From Adineta vaga (taxonomy: Eukaryota > Animalia > Rotifera): a stretch of 64,000 nt of DNA. The stretch spans positions 13,888,001 through 13,952,000 of the forward strand of contig CP075493.1 of the NCBI GenBank assembly GCA_021613535.1, given 5' to 3'. The translations under genes and the position numbers were made by a program. Of the stretch, positions 62,175-64,000 are shown one piece after another. Each line of letters begins with the position of its first letter. Within the stretch, counting starts at the first letter, position 1. The notes beneath the pieces are model-generated. The model had not been told where the DNA came from. It worked only from the letters and a program-made list of their open reading frames with translations, and ran no database searches.

Positions 62175-62462
62175 CTACCAAGCACAAGCAGGAGCGCAAA
62201 TCTCATAGAAATCCCCACCACGACTAGTACAATTACCCTCATTAAGAAGACAACAAACAATCGGATTATGTGGACAAGGAACGCAAGTACCACACCCACA
62301 CTCATAAGCAAAATTACTAGGTACTGGAACACACATCATGCCTCGTATGCTTGAAATATTGCTTGGTCGTTCAATAGAATACGTAAGAGAGGCACCTGAA
62401 ATCATTGTAATGATGAAAAATAAAAATAAAGTTAAGCGGAAAGCTAAACTATCAGCAGTCAT
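62175..62462 (-). CDS. Small secreted cysteine-rich peptide (10 Cys)
   Basis: Signal peptide, short pro-like segment ending R, then MMCVPVPSNFAYECGCGTCVPCPHNPIVCCLLNEGNCTSRGGDFYEICAPACAW. Confidence 0.7.
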   Translation of the reverse strand: MTADSLAFRLTLFLFFIITMISGASLTYSIERPSNISSIRGMMCVPVPSNFAYECGCGTCVPCPHNPIVCCLLNEGNCTSRGGDFYEICAPACAW

Positions 62463-63599
62463 TTGTAATAATTCCGGTTATAACTGTAATTTAACAATTA
62501 CGTTTCAAAATGTTCTCTGTAGTGTCCGTCTTCTTATATATTATGTATGGAGCAGAAGAGAGAAAATAGCTTGGCTTAAATAACAGCGAAAGTCATCACA
62601 TAAATCTATTGCGAGCAAATCACCAAGAAAAAGAGTTACAGTAAATATCCGTATTATTTTCATCTTTTGATATTCATGACAAACCATCGAACAGACCAAC
62701 TGATATTTACTAAGTATGAACTAATCCGTTAACCTGAACTTTTACTTCTCAGCGACTGGCTTCATGTCAGAATTCGATACATCAGAAACGTAAATGCTGA
62801 GTTTAAATTCGGCGGCGCATTTTGTGTTATTTATTGGGCCGAAACCCACTCATCAGGTTTCTATATCACAAATACCAGAAGGCGTACGAGAAAACCGGAT
62901 CGTTTTTTTAATATTCAAAAATATGATGGTAAATGGATTGAGAATTTGATTTGGATGAAAATTAAACTTATCTATACTATTGAGAATTCCATAATAGAAA
63001 GGTCTAAAGATATACTTTGGCCCAGATAATACAAGTCGTTGCTTAACACCTCTTCAAAAAGACTTAAAAATACACAGATACATTTTACTAACTTTTTCTT
63101 TTCGAGTATAGAATCGATACAAGAAAACAGAAGTACAAAAATATAAGTGGTCAATCATATAGGCAAAGAATTAAACTAATAAGGAATAAGGAGGATTATC
63201 GGATATCAAGAGTAAAACAATTTCTCAAATTCTCAAGATAAATGCAGAAAAAAACGATGCATGTACATGAATCTGTGAAAAATTCCATCATAAAAGAGAG
63301 AATAAGGAATTCAATTGTTTGTGCTCTTATGATTCATCAAAAAAAGTGCACAATTAGTCACAAGCATGTATACGTTGGAAAAGAAAACAGTAAACGAGTG
63401 AAAGTAAATTTGCGAATGCATTTATAGAAGATGATGAATCCATCAATACAACCGGTTTCAAGGATCATCAAGGAACGTTATCCATCTTGGAGATCACTAG
63501 GTTTATCCTCAATTTATTTTTAGAATGAAAAGTATAAATTACTAAAAGAAATTTCTATTATAGTCACTCGTGAATGTTCTGTTTGTTTACAAGACAAAA

Positions 63600-63800
63600 T
63601 ATTTGAATACTACGTATGTAGCATGTCCAGATTGTAATTCAGGACAATTTCATGATCAAGACCCTTCTGCTCGTTGTGAAGTTATTTGTATGAAATGTAA
63701 AAGAGGAACATGTTCATTTCATGGTGTTCGCTGGCATAAAAGAATGACATGTGAACGCAATACGAAGAAAAAACAAATGATATTCAATCAAAGAAATGGA
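63600..63800 (+). pseudogene. IBR-domain fragment of an RBR E3 ubiquitin ligase
   Basis: ACPDCNSGQFH...VICMKCKRGTCSFHGVRWHKRMTCE; flanking RING domains not recognisable. Confidence 0.55.
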
Positions 63801-64000
63801 TGGAAAAGAATACACAACAATCTCCGGTTGGGAATGTTTAGCTGATTATAAACAAATTGTTCACAACGGGGACCTCGGAAACATAGAAGAATATTTCAAT
63901 TCTCATAAATGTTAAAAGCTGAGAAGCAAATATGATAAAGTATTCACAGCGATTGTATTGAAAACGAATCTTATGCCAAAAAAACACAGCTGATTGATTG

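Noticed and set aside
1-64000. Bacterial contig or contamination, suggested by many intronless bacterial-like genes
   Set aside because: They are interleaved with intron-rich animal genes (GPCRs, Ly6, claudin, pancreatic lipases) at similar base composition

Overview
AT-rich eukaryotic genomic DNA with many ~50-65 nt GT-AG introns. The gene content (ART-TPR, F-box/LRR, orphan 7TM receptors, intronless bacterial-like enzymes, an Athena/Penelope-type RT relic) points to a bdelloid rotifer, probably a dynamic or subtelomere-like region; the organism is an inference. Manual splicing reveals two genes the ORF track hides. One is an F-box protein whose 12 LRRs are each encoded by an exactly 84-nt phase-0 exon in a ~140-bp tandem exon+intron array, with variation focused on the predicted binding face (4906-8099). 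The other is a single gene joining a cytoplasmic R-S-ExE ADP-ribosyltransferase, a TM helix and 14 extracellular FG-GAP repeats, i.e. a receptor-like ART (12181-8860, minus strand, one frameshift). The window also holds an ART-TPR gene, an ART fragment, a NADAR hydrolase, a phage-like Zn-ribbon/GIY-YIG-type nuclease with an intron, an EEP nuclease/phosphatase, endonuclease V, duplicated lipases, four GPCRs, a P450, a GST, a secreted AKR, small secreted peptides, two tRNA(-like) genes, several dehydrogenase pseudogene fragments and scattered telomere-like TG(A/T)GGG motifs, often in inverted pairs. All calls come from reading motifs by eye; no database searches were run.
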